This document shows positions 18,599-27,441 of a DNA stretch of 64,000 nt, piece after piece. The translations under genes were made by a program, and so were the position numbers. The stretch spans positions 33,174 to 97,173 of IMG/VR virus record IMGVR_UViG_3300009094_001034. One strand, given 5' to 3'. The notes under the pieces are model-generated. The model ran no database searches. It saw nothing but the letters and a program-made list of their open reading frames with translations, and had not been told where the DNA came from. Origin of the DNA: a virus. Numbering within the stretch: the first letter of the stretch is position 1; each line of letters begins with the position of its first letter.

Positions 18599-20137
18599 CT
18601 ATCCGTTGAAGGAGAACGTTTCCATTTCTTGAACCTGCATCGTGTCTTCGATCACTTCGAGCAAGTAAGCCACGGCATCCGGCACGTCGTCGTGCTTCGC
18701 GAGAGGGAACTGCGTGAGCTCGTCGACCGCCGCGGTCGACACGGTGTCGCAGATGCGAACGCGCCACTGCTCGAATTGCGGCTGCCAGCGGATCATCCGG
18801 CGCACCTTGTCCTTGTCCGGCCGGACGCCCACGGTGGGGACGTACGATGCGCCGCGCGCAGAAGCGTCGTCCACCATCTGCTTCAGCGCTTCTTGGTACG
18901 CGACGACCTCGATCCCTACGCGCGTGTAGTCCCACTTCTGGTGCTGCTCGAGCAGCAGGCGTACTTGCTGCGGCGCGAGGATGTGTTCGCGGATGACGTC
19001 CCAGATATAGATGGTGCCGTCTTCGGCCCAGCCGCCGGTGGCGAGGACGAAGTAGTCGGCGCCGTCCTTCTGCGAAATCGCGACGTCCGCCGCACCGAAA
19101 CGAACGAGGTCTTCGAGCTTGATGGAGGCATCGCCATCCAGGATGAGGTTCGAGTCGCGAATGAACTTCGGCCGCTTGCGGTCCGCGCTCTCCACCCAGC
19201 TTCGCTTGATGACCGTGGAGCCTTCGGGGATGGGGTCGTTCTGGTATTCAGTCTGGAAGGCGAAGGACCCGATGGCCTTCTTCACCTTCATGAGCGCGAC
19301 GTACGGGAAGCGGTCCGGCCAGAGCGTGGCCGTTCCCTCGTCCATCGCTGCGCGGTGCTTCGCGTAGAAGGCGTCGGCCGCCTCCTCGCCGCCTTGCGTC
19401 CAGGCGGCGTCCCACTGCTCCCAGAGGTCCGGGCGGTTCGGTTCCGAGAGGATCGCTTGGCGGTAGAAGACCCGGTACGCGCCCGTCTTCTTCTTCCGGA
19501 GGATCAGCGCGTCCTGGTGAAGCGTGGTGCCCACCATGAGGAGGCGCGAGTGCGCCGGGTCGCGCATCGGGATGACCGAGGCGTTGAACCATCGCTCGAC
19601 CTTCTGGCGCTGGTGTTCGGTCTGAACGGAGTCGTCATCCTCGACGTCATCGGTGATGACGAGTTGCGGACGCCACTGCTTGAAGCGCCAGCCGCGCGTC
19701 GAAGATCCGCGGCCGGCGGACCGGATACAGACGTCGGTCGTGGTGATCAGCTTCTTCTCAGTCGTGTTCTTGAGGATGTCGCCGAAGACGGCGCGCAAGC
19801 GCTCGTTCTTCTCCATCTCCTCGTTGATCGAGAAGAGGAGCGTCTTTGCCTGGTCGCCGGTCTCTGAGAACAGAACGATGAAGTGGTACTTCTGGAAGTA
19901 GACGCACCAGAGGACGTAGGCGAGCGAGATGACGGTGGACTTCGCGTGGCCTCGCGGAAGGATGAAGATGCCGTCTTCGGTGTGCTCGGTGAGTTCCGCA
20001 ATCAGTTCCCGGTGGAAGTCGGGAATCTGCGCAGGGAAGTACGCGGCGAGGAAGTACTTGCAGAAGAACGCGAAGTTCCGCTCTGCCTTCCTCCGCGCCG
20101 CAGCGATGACGACCCGAGACTGCGGGGCAGTGGACGT
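18599..20137 (-). CDS. terL: Terminase large subunit; N-terminus extends about 107 codons upstream of the ORF-track ATG
   Basis: The in-frame upstream region encodes the Walker A motif PRGHAKST; Walker B ITDDVED, VGTTLH, DVAIS...DY and KHDDVPDA nuclease motifs follow; proposed start is ACG at 20137. Confidence 0.9.
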   Translation of the reverse strand, partial: TSTAPQSRVVIAAARRKAERNFAFFCKYFLAAYFPAQIPDFHRELIAELTEHTEDGIFILPRGHAKSTVISLAYVLWCVYFQKYHFIVLFSETGDQAKTLLFSINEEMEKNERLRAVFGDILKNTTEKKLITTTDVCIRSAGRGSSTRGWRFKQWRPQLVITDDVEDDDSVQTEHQRQKVERWFNASVIPMRDPAHSRLLMVGTTLHQDALILRKKKTGAYRVFYRQAILSEPNRPDLWEQWDAAWTQGGEEAADAFYAKHRAAMDEGTATLWPDRFPYVALMKVKKAIGSFAFQTEYQNDPIPEGSTVIKRSWVESADRKRPKFIRDSNLILDGDASIKLEDLVRFGAADVAISQKDGADYFVLATGGWAEDGTIYIWDVIREHILAPQQVRLLLEQHQKWDYTRVGIEVVAYQEALKQMVDDASARGASYVPTVGVRPDKDKVRRMIRWQPQFEQWRVRICDTVSTAAVDELTQFPLAKHDDVPDAVAYLLEVIEDTMQVQEMETFSFNG

Positions 20138-20172
20138 GGGGTGGGGTGGTGAATGCTCCTTCGAGCGTCACG

Positions 20173-20571
20173 TCAGGGCGCGGCGGTGGTCAACGTCCCG
20201 ATGGTGTTCTGGTCGACGTCATGGAGGATCTCGCCCAAGATCAGCTTCAACACACCGCGCTCCTGGCGCATGAGGATCTCCAGGTTCGTGAGCATCTGAT
20301 CCGAGAGCGGGTGGGCGTCGATGATCAGGTCCTTCTCGGCCATCGTGAAGAGCCGGGAAGAGACGAGGCGGCGGTAGAACGCTTGGTCCTCCCACGGGAA
20401 GTGCTCGGTTCCATGGAGGAGTTCCAGTTCCTCTTGCCAGTCATCGCCACTGAACTCCGCGGTGAGAGCACGGTGCACTGCGAGATGGCCGCCTTCTCGG
20501 AAGGCGTCGTAGGCGAGGGTCTTCAGTTCGTCATGGCGATGCTCGGAGAGGAGATCGAGGGCACGAGGCAC
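20173..20571 (-). CDS. Hypothetical protein
   Basis: Co-oriented ORF upstream of terL with a C-rich leader. Confidence 0.55.
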   Translation of the reverse strand: MPRALDLLSEHRHDELKTLAYDAFREGGHLAVHRALTAEFSGDDWQEELELLHGTEHFPWEDQAFYRRLVSSRLFTMAEKDLIIDAHPLSDQMLTNLEILMRQERGVLKLILGEILHDVDQNTIGTLTTAAP

Positions 20572-20598
20572 GACGAGTGGTGGTAGGTCTTCCTCAGA

Positions 20599-20772
20599 CT
20601 ATGCCGGCCGGGACCTCGCTTCAAGCCGCTCGCGGAGCCTGGCCGCTGCGTCCTTCGCCTTTCGCTCCGCGATCTCCGCGGTCAGCGCCCGCTCGTCGAT
20701 CTCTGGGTGGCCGGCAACGTAGCCATGCCAGATGCCGCCGATCTTCCGCACCGTGATCTTCACGTCGTCCAT
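20599..20772 (-). CDS. Small hypothetical protein (57 aa)
   Basis: MDDVKITVRKIGGIWHGYV...; start estimated. Confidence 0.45.
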   Translation of the reverse strand: MDDVKITVRKIGGIWHGYVAGHPEIDERALTAEIAERKAKDAAARLRERLEARSRPA

Positions 20773-20877
20773 GCAGGCATCGTACGGAGACCGCGGTGCA
20801 GCGCGAAACAAACGCCGCAACCACTCTCTGTGGGGACAGTCGGCAATCCACGGCGTGAAGACTCCTGAGAAAAGTTG

Positions 20878-20907
20878 TTGCGCCCGCTAATCGTGCTTTG
20901 GTATAAC
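20878..20907 (+). promoter_or_regulatory. Sigma70-like promoter upstream of the GHKL operon
   Basis: TTGCGC-N18-TATAAC with an extended -10 (TGn). Confidence 0.55.
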
Positions 20908-21013
20908 CCCTCTTGCGCAGTTGCGCCTTTCTCCACGGGGCTTCAATAGCAGGTCCCAAAAGCGAGACGGGAACGATGAGCGAAACGAAAAGCACAGCTA
21001 CACCCTCGTTGCT

Positions 21014-21050
21014 GCCGACCACTGTTCTGCGGGTCGGCTCTTTTTGTTTC
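21014..21050 (+). terminator. Terminator-like hairpin in the leader of the GHKL operon
   Basis: GCCGACC...GGTCGGC followed by TCTTTTTGTTT. Confidence 0.55.
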
Positions 21051-21182
21051 TGCTCCCATGCCGACGAAGCGCGCCCTCCTCCTCGCCCATCTCAACTGCG
21101 TGACGACTCCGTTCGAACGACAACATGAAACCTAACCGGACTCCAACAGCGAGGACGGCAACAGAAAATTAGGAGAGACCCA

Positions 21183-22979
21183 ATGGCGAAGAAGAACGGC
21201 TCTACCTTCACGAGTGAAGACCTTCAGAGTCAGGACACCTACGTGGAGAAGTTGGAGCAACAGCATTTCTCGTATCCCCTCATCGCGGCCGAGTCGTTCG
21301 TCCGCGGCATGCGCGAGTCCGGCTACAAGTCGACCGCGACGGCACTGAACGAGTTGATCGACAACGCCATCCAGGCACAGGCCCGGAACGTCGACGTGAT
21401 CCTCGGCTACAACGCCGGCAACAAGACGAAGAAGAAGCCCGACATGCTGGCCGTCGTAGATGACGGCCACGGAATGCGGGAGAAGATGATCAAGGCCTCC
21501 GTCATGTGGGGCGGCACGCACCGCGAGAACGACCGTCACGGCTTCGGCCGGTTCGGGTTCGGACTCCCGAGCGCGTCCGTCTCGATCGCGCGCCGCTTTT
21601 CGGTGTACTCGAAGGCCCCTGGCGACAAGTGGTTCGTCATCGTCATCGACCTGGACGAAATCGCGTTGGGCCGCGCGACCGACGAGAAGGGCGTGGTGAA
21701 GGTGCCGGAAGCGGTACTGGCGGAACTGCCCGAGTTCGTGAAGCCCTACGCCTCCGGCCTGGAGCACGGGACCGTCATCCTGCTGGAGAAGTTGGACCGG
21801 CTGTCGAACGGATTCGTGACGTCGCAGGCATTCAAGCAGAACGAACTGCACCAGGTCGGCGTGACGTATCGCGAGATCCTGCGCGACGTGCAGGTCCGCG
21901 TCATCGACATCGGCGAGGAATTGGACATCACGGCCGTCGAGCCGATCGATCCGTTGTTCCTCCGCCCGGACGCGCGGTACTACGACGAGACCGACGTCCA
22001 CGCCGAGCCCCTGCCAGACTTGGCGTTCGAGGTGAAGCCGTCCGAGGAGTCGCCGTACGGCGGCGTCGTGCGTGTGCGGTACGCCTACATGCCCCCGGGG
22101 TTCCTGCCGGATGAGTCGAAGCGTTCCAGCCCCCGCCTCAAGGTCCGCAAGGAGAACACGGGCCTCATCATCATGCGCGCCGGCCGCCAGATCGACGTCG
22201 TGACGAACGGTCCGAAGTTCAGCGTCGACTCCAACGACCGTCATTGGGCGTGCGAGGTGATCTTCGAGCCCACGCTGGACGAAGACTTCAGCGTGACCAC
22301 GAACAAGCAGCAGATCGTGATCAAGGACCGGATCTGGGAGGCGCTGCGGCAGAACGGCGTGTTCGACGCCATCCGCCAGATGCGCAATCGGTACGGGAAG
22401 GATCATGGCTACACCAAGGGGAAGAAGGCCGAGTCCGAGCCGAAGGTGTCCGAGGAGATCGCGACCGAGGCCGCCAAGTTCTTCGGCCGGAAGCCGACGA
22501 AGCCGAGCGTCGCGAAGGAGAAGAAGCTGAAAGAGGCGCTCGACCGCGAGGCGGTGAAGGTCGCCGAGCAGAAGGGCACGAGCCCGGAGGAAGCGAAGAA
22601 GGTGATCGAGGCCGAGACGGCTGAGAAACCCTACAAGCTCTTCTTCGAGTCCGGCCGCGGAGAGTTCTACCGCGTCGAGCAGTTGGGCGGCCAGAAGCAG
22701 CTCTACATCAACACGTCCCACCGCTTCTACTCCGACGTCTACAACAACCCGCTGACGACGAACCGCATGCGCACCGCGCTGGAGTTGCTGCTGTTCACGA
22801 TGGGCGCCTGTGAGCTCGAGTCTGAAGGCGACCGGGAGATGTTCTACACGAATGAGCGCGTCGAGTGGACGCGGCGGCTCGACACGTATCTGCAGTTGCT
22901 GGATCGTCGCGATCCGGTCGCCGATGCCCGAGCGGCCGAAACCACGCGCGCCGAGGCCGAAGACGAGTCGGCGGCGTAG
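21183..22979 (+). CDS. MORC-type GHKL (HATPase_c_3-like) ATPase 1
   Basis: Bergerat motifs ALNELIDNA, DDGHGM, GRFGFGL and HGT; S5-like region GLIIMRAGRQID; AGGAG RBS. Confidence 0.88.
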   Translation: MAKKNGSTFTSEDLQSQDTYVEKLEQQHFSYPLIAAESFVRGMRESGYKSTATALNELIDNAIQAQARNVDVILGYNAGNKTKKKPDMLAVVDDGHGMREKMIKASVMWGGTHRENDRHGFGRFGFGLPSASVSIARRFSVYSKAPGDKWFVIVIDLDEIALGRATDEKGVVKVPEAVLAELPEFVKPYASGLEHGTVILLEKLDRLSNGFVTSQAFKQNELHQVGVTYREILRDVQVRVIDIGEELDITAVEPIDPLFLRPDARYYDETDVHAEPLPDLAFEVKPSEESPYGGVVRVRYAYMPPGFLPDESKRSSPRLKVRKENTGLIIMRAGRQIDVVTNGPKFSVDSNDRHWACEVIFEPTLDEDFSVTTNKQQIVIKDRIWEALRQNGVFDAIRQMRNRYGKDHGYTKGKKAESEPKVSEEIATEAAKFFGRKPTKPSVAKEKKLKEALDREAVKVAEQKGTSPEEAKKVIEAETAEKPYKLFFESGRGEFYRVEQLGGQKQLYINTSHRFYSDVYNNPLTTNRMRTALELLLFTMGACELESEGDREMFYTNERVEWTRRLDTYLQLLDRRDPVADARAAETTRAEAEDESAA

Positions 22980-22996
22980 CCGACAGGGACCAACGG

Positions 22997-23025
22997 AAGG
23001 CCCGGGTTCTCCCCGGGCCTTTTCG
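22997..23025 (+). terminator. Intragenic-operon hairpin between the two ATPase genes
   Basis: AAGGCCCGGG-ttctc-CCCGGGCCTT-TTCG. Confidence 0.6.
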
Positions 23026-23041
23026 TTCATGAGGAGAACGA

Positions 23042-24505
23042 TTGAAGAATGGAGAGATCATCGCGCTGGCGACCTTCATCGACGCCATCCGTGACGCCGG
23101 GTACCGGGGCACGCCCGCAGCGATCGCCGAGTTGGTGGACAACGCCATGGAGGCCGGAGCGACGAACATCACCATCGAACTCTGGACGACGGACGACGGA
23201 ACGTCGGTGTACGTAGCCGATAACGGCTGCGGCATGCCGCCCGAGACGATCCGCCTCGCCCTGCAGTTCGGCGGCAGCACCCGCTTCGATTCCCGCGCGG
23301 GGCTCGGGCGGTACGGTATGGGGCTCCCAGGAAGTTCGATCAGTCAGGCATTGCGTGTCGACGTGTATTCGTGGACGACGCGCGGTGCGGCCTGGTGGAC
23401 CTTTCTGGATGTCCCGATGATCCGCGGCGGCGCCCTCGTAGCCGTGCCGAAACCGCGGCGTGCCACGCCACCCGTGGGACCGCGAGAGACGACGAGCGGC
23501 ACCATCGTCCAGTGGACACACTGCGATCGCATCCCGAGCATCACCCCACGCCTCCTGCGGGAGATCCACGAGACCATCGGCCGGCTGTTTCGGACGTTCC
23601 TGTGGGCCGGAGCCACGATCACCGTGAACGGCGTCGAGGTGCAGCCCGTTGATCCGCTTTTCCTGCGGCCGTCAGCGGCGCCGGTCGGAGCACGCCAGTA
23701 CGGCCCGGAGTTGATCTTCCCCATCACCCTCCGAGACGGGAACAGGAAGCGCCACGCCACCGTGACGGCGCAGTTCGTCGAACTGCCGATCGCGGAGTGG
23801 GAAGGGCTTTCGAATGCGGAGAAACGGAAGTATCGGATCTCCAAGTCTCCCGGCATCTCCATCCTCCGCGCCGACCGGGAGATCGACACCGGCTGGTTCT
23901 TCATGGGATCGAAGCGGAAGGAGAACTACGACGATTGGTGGCGTGCGGAAGTGCGGTTCAGCCCCGAGCTCGACACGTTCTTCGGCGTGACGCACACGAA
24001 GCAAGGGATCCATCCGACCGCCGAGATCGAGGCCATCTTGTCGCCGCAGATGGAGCGGATCGCACATGACCTGAACGCCCGCGTCCGGAAGACGTTTCTC
24101 CGCGTTCGGGCGACGGAGCCGAATACCCGCGCGATCGACTACGCCTCTGCTCGGGACCACCGGTTGGAGCCGCCGAAGCGTGCGGTTCGCCGCGGCGCAA
24201 TGAAGGCGAAAACACGAGGATTGACCTACTCCATCGAACACGCGAAACTCCCCGGCCCGCGGTTCTTCGCCGTGCGGATCTCAGACGGCCGGGTCAGAAT
24301 CATCCTCAACGAGGATCACCCGTTCTACACGGTCGTTTACGGGGACAATCGGAAGCGCGATGCGACACAGGATCGTCTCGCGCAGTTGGAAATGATGCTC
24401 CTTGCAGCAGCGCGCGCGGAAGTCCAGTGTGTGCGAAAAGAGAAGGTGGAGGCGAGGGCGTTTCTCCAACAGTGGAGCGATGCTCTCCGGACGTTTTTGA
24501 CCTAG
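23042..24505 (+). CDS. MORC-type GHKL ATPase 2 (paralogue of ATPase 1)
   Basis: AIAELVDNA, DNGCGM, GRYGMGL and SGT; shares PxDPLFLRP, ExxFxPxLDxxFxVTxxKQ and NxxHxFY with ATPase 1; GAGGAG RBS before TTG. Confidence 0.88.
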   Translation: MKNGEIIALATFIDAIRDAGYRGTPAAIAELVDNAMEAGATNITIELWTTDDGTSVYVADNGCGMPPETIRLALQFGGSTRFDSRAGLGRYGMGLPGSSISQALRVDVYSWTTRGAAWWTFLDVPMIRGGALVAVPKPRRATPPVGPRETTSGTIVQWTHCDRIPSITPRLLREIHETIGRLFRTFLWAGATITVNGVEVQPVDPLFLRPSAAPVGARQYGPELIFPITLRDGNRKRHATVTAQFVELPIAEWEGLSNAEKRKYRISKSPGISILRADREIDTGWFFMGSKRKENYDDWWRAEVRFSPELDTFFGVTHTKQGIHPTAEIEAILSPQMERIAHDLNARVRKTFLRVRATEPNTRAIDYASARDHRLEPPKRAVRRGAMKAKTRGLTYSIEHAKLPGPRFFAVRISDGRVRIILNEDHPFYTVVYGDNRKRDATQDRLAQLEMMLLAAARAEVQCVRKEKVEARAFLQQWSDALRTFLT

Positions 24506-26482
24506 ATGGCGGATGAACGAGAGTGGTTCCCTTTTCAGCCCGAGCTCGGGCAGCACGTCGAGGAGTTCACGACGTTCGCTACGCGCTTGGCTGAAGCCAC
24601 AGACCTGAAACCGCTGCGACTCGAGGTGCTCCGGGAACTCGACCGGGCGAAGAACGGCGCGCTCCCGCTCCACATGGTCCAGAGCATTGCCCTCGACCTC
24701 GCCGATCAGGGCTGGGGATTCAGCGTCGATCGAGACGGGATCGCATGCTCCGCTCCATCTGTCGCGGATGAATGCTCGGCGAGCGCAAAGACACGCATCC
24801 GTCAGGGCCACGCTTTCGAGCGCTCCGCCCACCTGCGCGAACCCTCCGTCCAAGACTTCATTGCGGCGATGGAACAGCGAAGGCTCACGGCGAACGGCTG
24901 GCATTCGATCTACTCGCTCATGCGCGATGGCCGGGAACTCGGCGCGAAGTTGGCTGCGGCCGCGACGCTTGAAGGCGCCGCGCGCGAGAAAGCGCTTGCA
25001 GCAGCGATTGATCCCTACATCCAGTTCGTTGATCCGGATGTCGTCGACGAGCACACGGGACTCCTCCTCACGGACATCTGGCGCTACTTCCGGATGACGT
25101 GGGTGAACATGCACAAGTCCGTTCCTGGCCGCACGATGATGATCCTCATCCGCGACCGAGCCGCGGCACAACATCCGGTCATCGGGATCGCGGCGCTCGC
25201 GAGCGCCGTGGCGCAGTTGGACCTGCGAGACTCGTGGATCGGATGGAATGCTGCGGCATTCCTCGACCACCTGGACAACGAAGGGAACGCAGCAGATGCG
25301 AAGTGGCTCCACGCATCCATCGACAATCTCCTCGACGCGATCTACCTGAAGGATCTCCTCAAGGAGAAGATCATCAGCAAGGCGCTCATCGCGACGCCTA
25401 CCGAGGACCTGATCCGAAACCTCCGGGATGCGGCAGCGGAAGCGAAGAAGAAGCACCACCAGAACGCCGATGCCGCGGCGATGAAGCGCAAGGACGTCGC
25501 TTGGGAGGAGAAAGCGCTCCTGCCACTCTTTCGCGCGAAGCGCTGCGAAGCGCTGGCAAAACTCCTCGGTATCCGACTCGTGTTTCAGAAGGTCGGTTTC
25601 AGTACCGGCTCTAAGAAAGCGCTCGACCTCGCACTCTCGCAGCCCTCAGCGCGGACGGCGATCGGCCAACTCGTGCGGGCAGTGAAGTCGGAGCACGTCG
25701 GTATCGACATGATGGACATTACAGTCTGCGGCGCGGTGGCGCCGTACAACCGCGTGCTCGGCGGGAAACTCGTGTGCACGCTCCTCACGAGCCCCGAAGT
25801 CGTGCAGGCGTACAAGCGACGGTACGATGGCCAGGAAAGCATCATCGCGTCGTCCATCAAGGGCGCTCCGGTACGCCGAACGCCACGGCTCGTGCTGCTC
25901 TCCACGACGAGTCTCTATGGCCGCGGCTCAAGCCAGTACAACCGCGTGAAGATCCCGGCGGGCGTGGCGGGCGGAGCGGACGGGGATGTCGTCGAGTACC
26001 GACATCTCGGCCACAGTAAGGGCTTCGGGACCTTCCATTTCAGCGCCGAGACCGTGCGCGTCATCGATACTCTTCTCGCCAGACGCCAGGACGGAAAGCG
26101 GGTGAACTCCATCTTCGGAGAGGGCGTGAATCCGCGGATGCGGAAGATCCGCGAAGCGCTCGAATCCGTGCGGTTGCCGAGCGACGCCATCTTGAATCAC
26201 GGCGTTCCGCGCGTTGTGTACGGCATCGCGCTCGCGTCGAATTTCCGCGACGTGCTCCTCGGTCGGCAAGACAAGCCGCGCTACGTGATCCCGCAAACGA
26301 AGCCTGCGGAGCGGTCGGCCCGGCTCGCGGCCTTCTGGCGAACGCGATGGCTATCCAATCGCATCAATGATCCTGCGGTGCTCTCGGACATTGCGGAGCA
26401 CACGCTGTCGTACCCCGTGACGCATGGAGCTCGCGTCGTCGGTCCGCCTATTGAAGGAGATGAGAACGAGACCCTATGGTGA
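24506..26482 (+). CDS. DruA-like (DUF4338) protein
   Basis: PGRTMMILIRD, RDSWIGW, CGAVAPYNRVLGGKLV, TTSLYGRGSSQYNR and LGHSKGFGTFHF match my recollection of DruA/DUF4338 motifs. Confidence 0.8.
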   Translation: MADEREWFPFQPELGQHVEEFTTFATRLAEATDLKPLRLEVLRELDRAKNGALPLHMVQSIALDLADQGWGFSVDRDGIACSAPSVADECSASAKTRIRQGHAFERSAHLREPSVQDFIAAMEQRRLTANGWHSIYSLMRDGRELGAKLAAAATLEGAAREKALAAAIDPYIQFVDPDVVDEHTGLLLTDIWRYFRMTWVNMHKSVPGRTMMILIRDRAAAQHPVIGIAALASAVAQLDLRDSWIGWNAAAFLDHLDNEGNAADAKWLHASIDNLLDAIYLKDLLKEKIISKALIATPTEDLIRNLRDAAAEAKKKHHQNADAAAMKRKDVAWEEKALLPLFRAKRCEALAKLLGIRLVFQKVGFSTGSKKALDLALSQPSARTAIGQLVRAVKSEHVGIDMMDITVCGAVAPYNRVLGGKLVCTLLTSPEVVQAYKRRYDGQESIIASSIKGAPVRRTPRLVLLSTTSLYGRGSSQYNRVKIPAGVAGGADGDVVEYRHLGHSKGFGTFHFSAETVRVIDTLLARRQDGKRVNSIFGEGVNPRMRKIREALESVRLPSDAILNHGVPRVVYGIALASNFRDVLLGRQDKPRYVIPQTKPAERSARLAAFWRTRWLSNRINDPAVLSDIAEHTLSYPVTHGARVVGPPIEGDENETLW

Positions 26483-26973
26483 ACGTCCTTGAAGATCTGT
26501 ACCACGTGAGCGCGACGCCGCGTGAGTTGAGTTGGCAACCGTCCCTGAAATCGAAGACGTGGGATGACGCGACGAAAGAGGAGATCGAGACGGCCCTCGA
26601 TGCGCAGCGCCCAGCGCAGGCTCCGTCGCGGCGCAAGAGCTACTTCGCGTTCCGAACGATCGACGAGTGCGTCTACTACGCCGACTCGGAGGGCATCGGG
26701 CCGGAACGCCACTTCTACGTGGTGAAACTGACGGGAGCTGTACGGGCGCCAATCAAGATCATCGCGGTGCCCCCTGCATTGTTGCCGTACCGCGACGCGA
26801 TCTACCGTCACTACTGGAACGCCGACGACGGGTGGAAGGTCTACGAACTTTTTGGCGAGCAGATGATCGTGCGGGACGAATACAAGGGCACGATCCCTGA
26901 CGCTGGCCATGTGCTTGCGAAGTTGGTTGATGACCGGAACCGCCTGATGCAACTGGCTGCAACGTGGCGATGA
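26476..26973 (+). CDS. Putative DUF2441-like / ADP-ribosyltransferase-fold protein
   Basis: LYHVS, RPAQAPSRRKSYFAF, FYVV, YW and YEL pattern; overlaps the DruA-like stop. Confidence 0.5.
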   Translation: MVNVLEDLYHVSATPRELSWQPSLKSKTWDDATKEEIETALDAQRPAQAPSRRKSYFAFRTIDECVYYADSEGIGPERHFYVVKLTGAVRAPIKIIAVPPALLPYRDAIYRHYWNADDGWKVYELFGEQMIVRDEYKGTIPDAGHVLAKLVDDRNRLMQLAATWR

Positions 26974-27425
26974 CCGATGAAGTGCTGGAGGTGTTGCGTC
27001 AGGCGAAAGTGCTTGCGCAGCGCTATCGTGCGCTGACGGGAAAGCCGCTCGGGATCACCGGAGAGGTGGCCGAGTACGAAGCCGCTCGAATCCTGGGAGT
27101 GCGACTTACGCCGGCGCGGCAATCGGGACACGACGCCGTCGAGATCGTTGATGGCCGCGAACGCACGCTCCAAATCAAGGGGCGATGCATCCTTCCGGGG
27201 GCGAAGAAGAGCCAACAGACGGGTTCCATCGATATCGAGAAGGCGTGGGATGCGGTACTTCTCGTGCTCGTCGACGAAAGCTTCGACGCGTACATCATCT
27301 ATGAAGCGGAGCGCGACGCCGTTCTGAAGGCGATCCTTGAACCGGGCTCGAAGGGGAGAAACGAGCGGTGGGCGCTGTCGGTGAGCAAGTTCAAGGGCAT
27401 TGGACGCGAGCGCTGGAAGCGCTGA
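26970..27425 (+). CDS. Small PD-(D/E)XK restriction-endonuclease-like protein (DUF6998-like)
   Basis: GITGEVAEYEAA...GHDA...LQIKGR motif; ATGA overlap. Confidence 0.7.
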   Translation: MTDEVLEVLRQAKVLAQRYRALTGKPLGITGEVAEYEAARILGVRLTPARQSGHDAVEIVDGRERTLQIKGRCILPGAKKSQQTGSIDIEKAWDAVLLVLVDESFDAYIIYEAERDAVLKAILEPGSKGRNERWALSVSKFKGIGRERWKR

Positions 27426-27441
27426 CGGTTATTCTTCTGCC

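Noticed and set aside
24506-26482. Calling the locus a Druantia system
   Set aside because: Only a DruA-like gene is recognisable. No DruE-type (DUF1998) helicase or DruB-D is seen, and the helicase at 49230 is an SNF2-MTase fusion 23 kb away.
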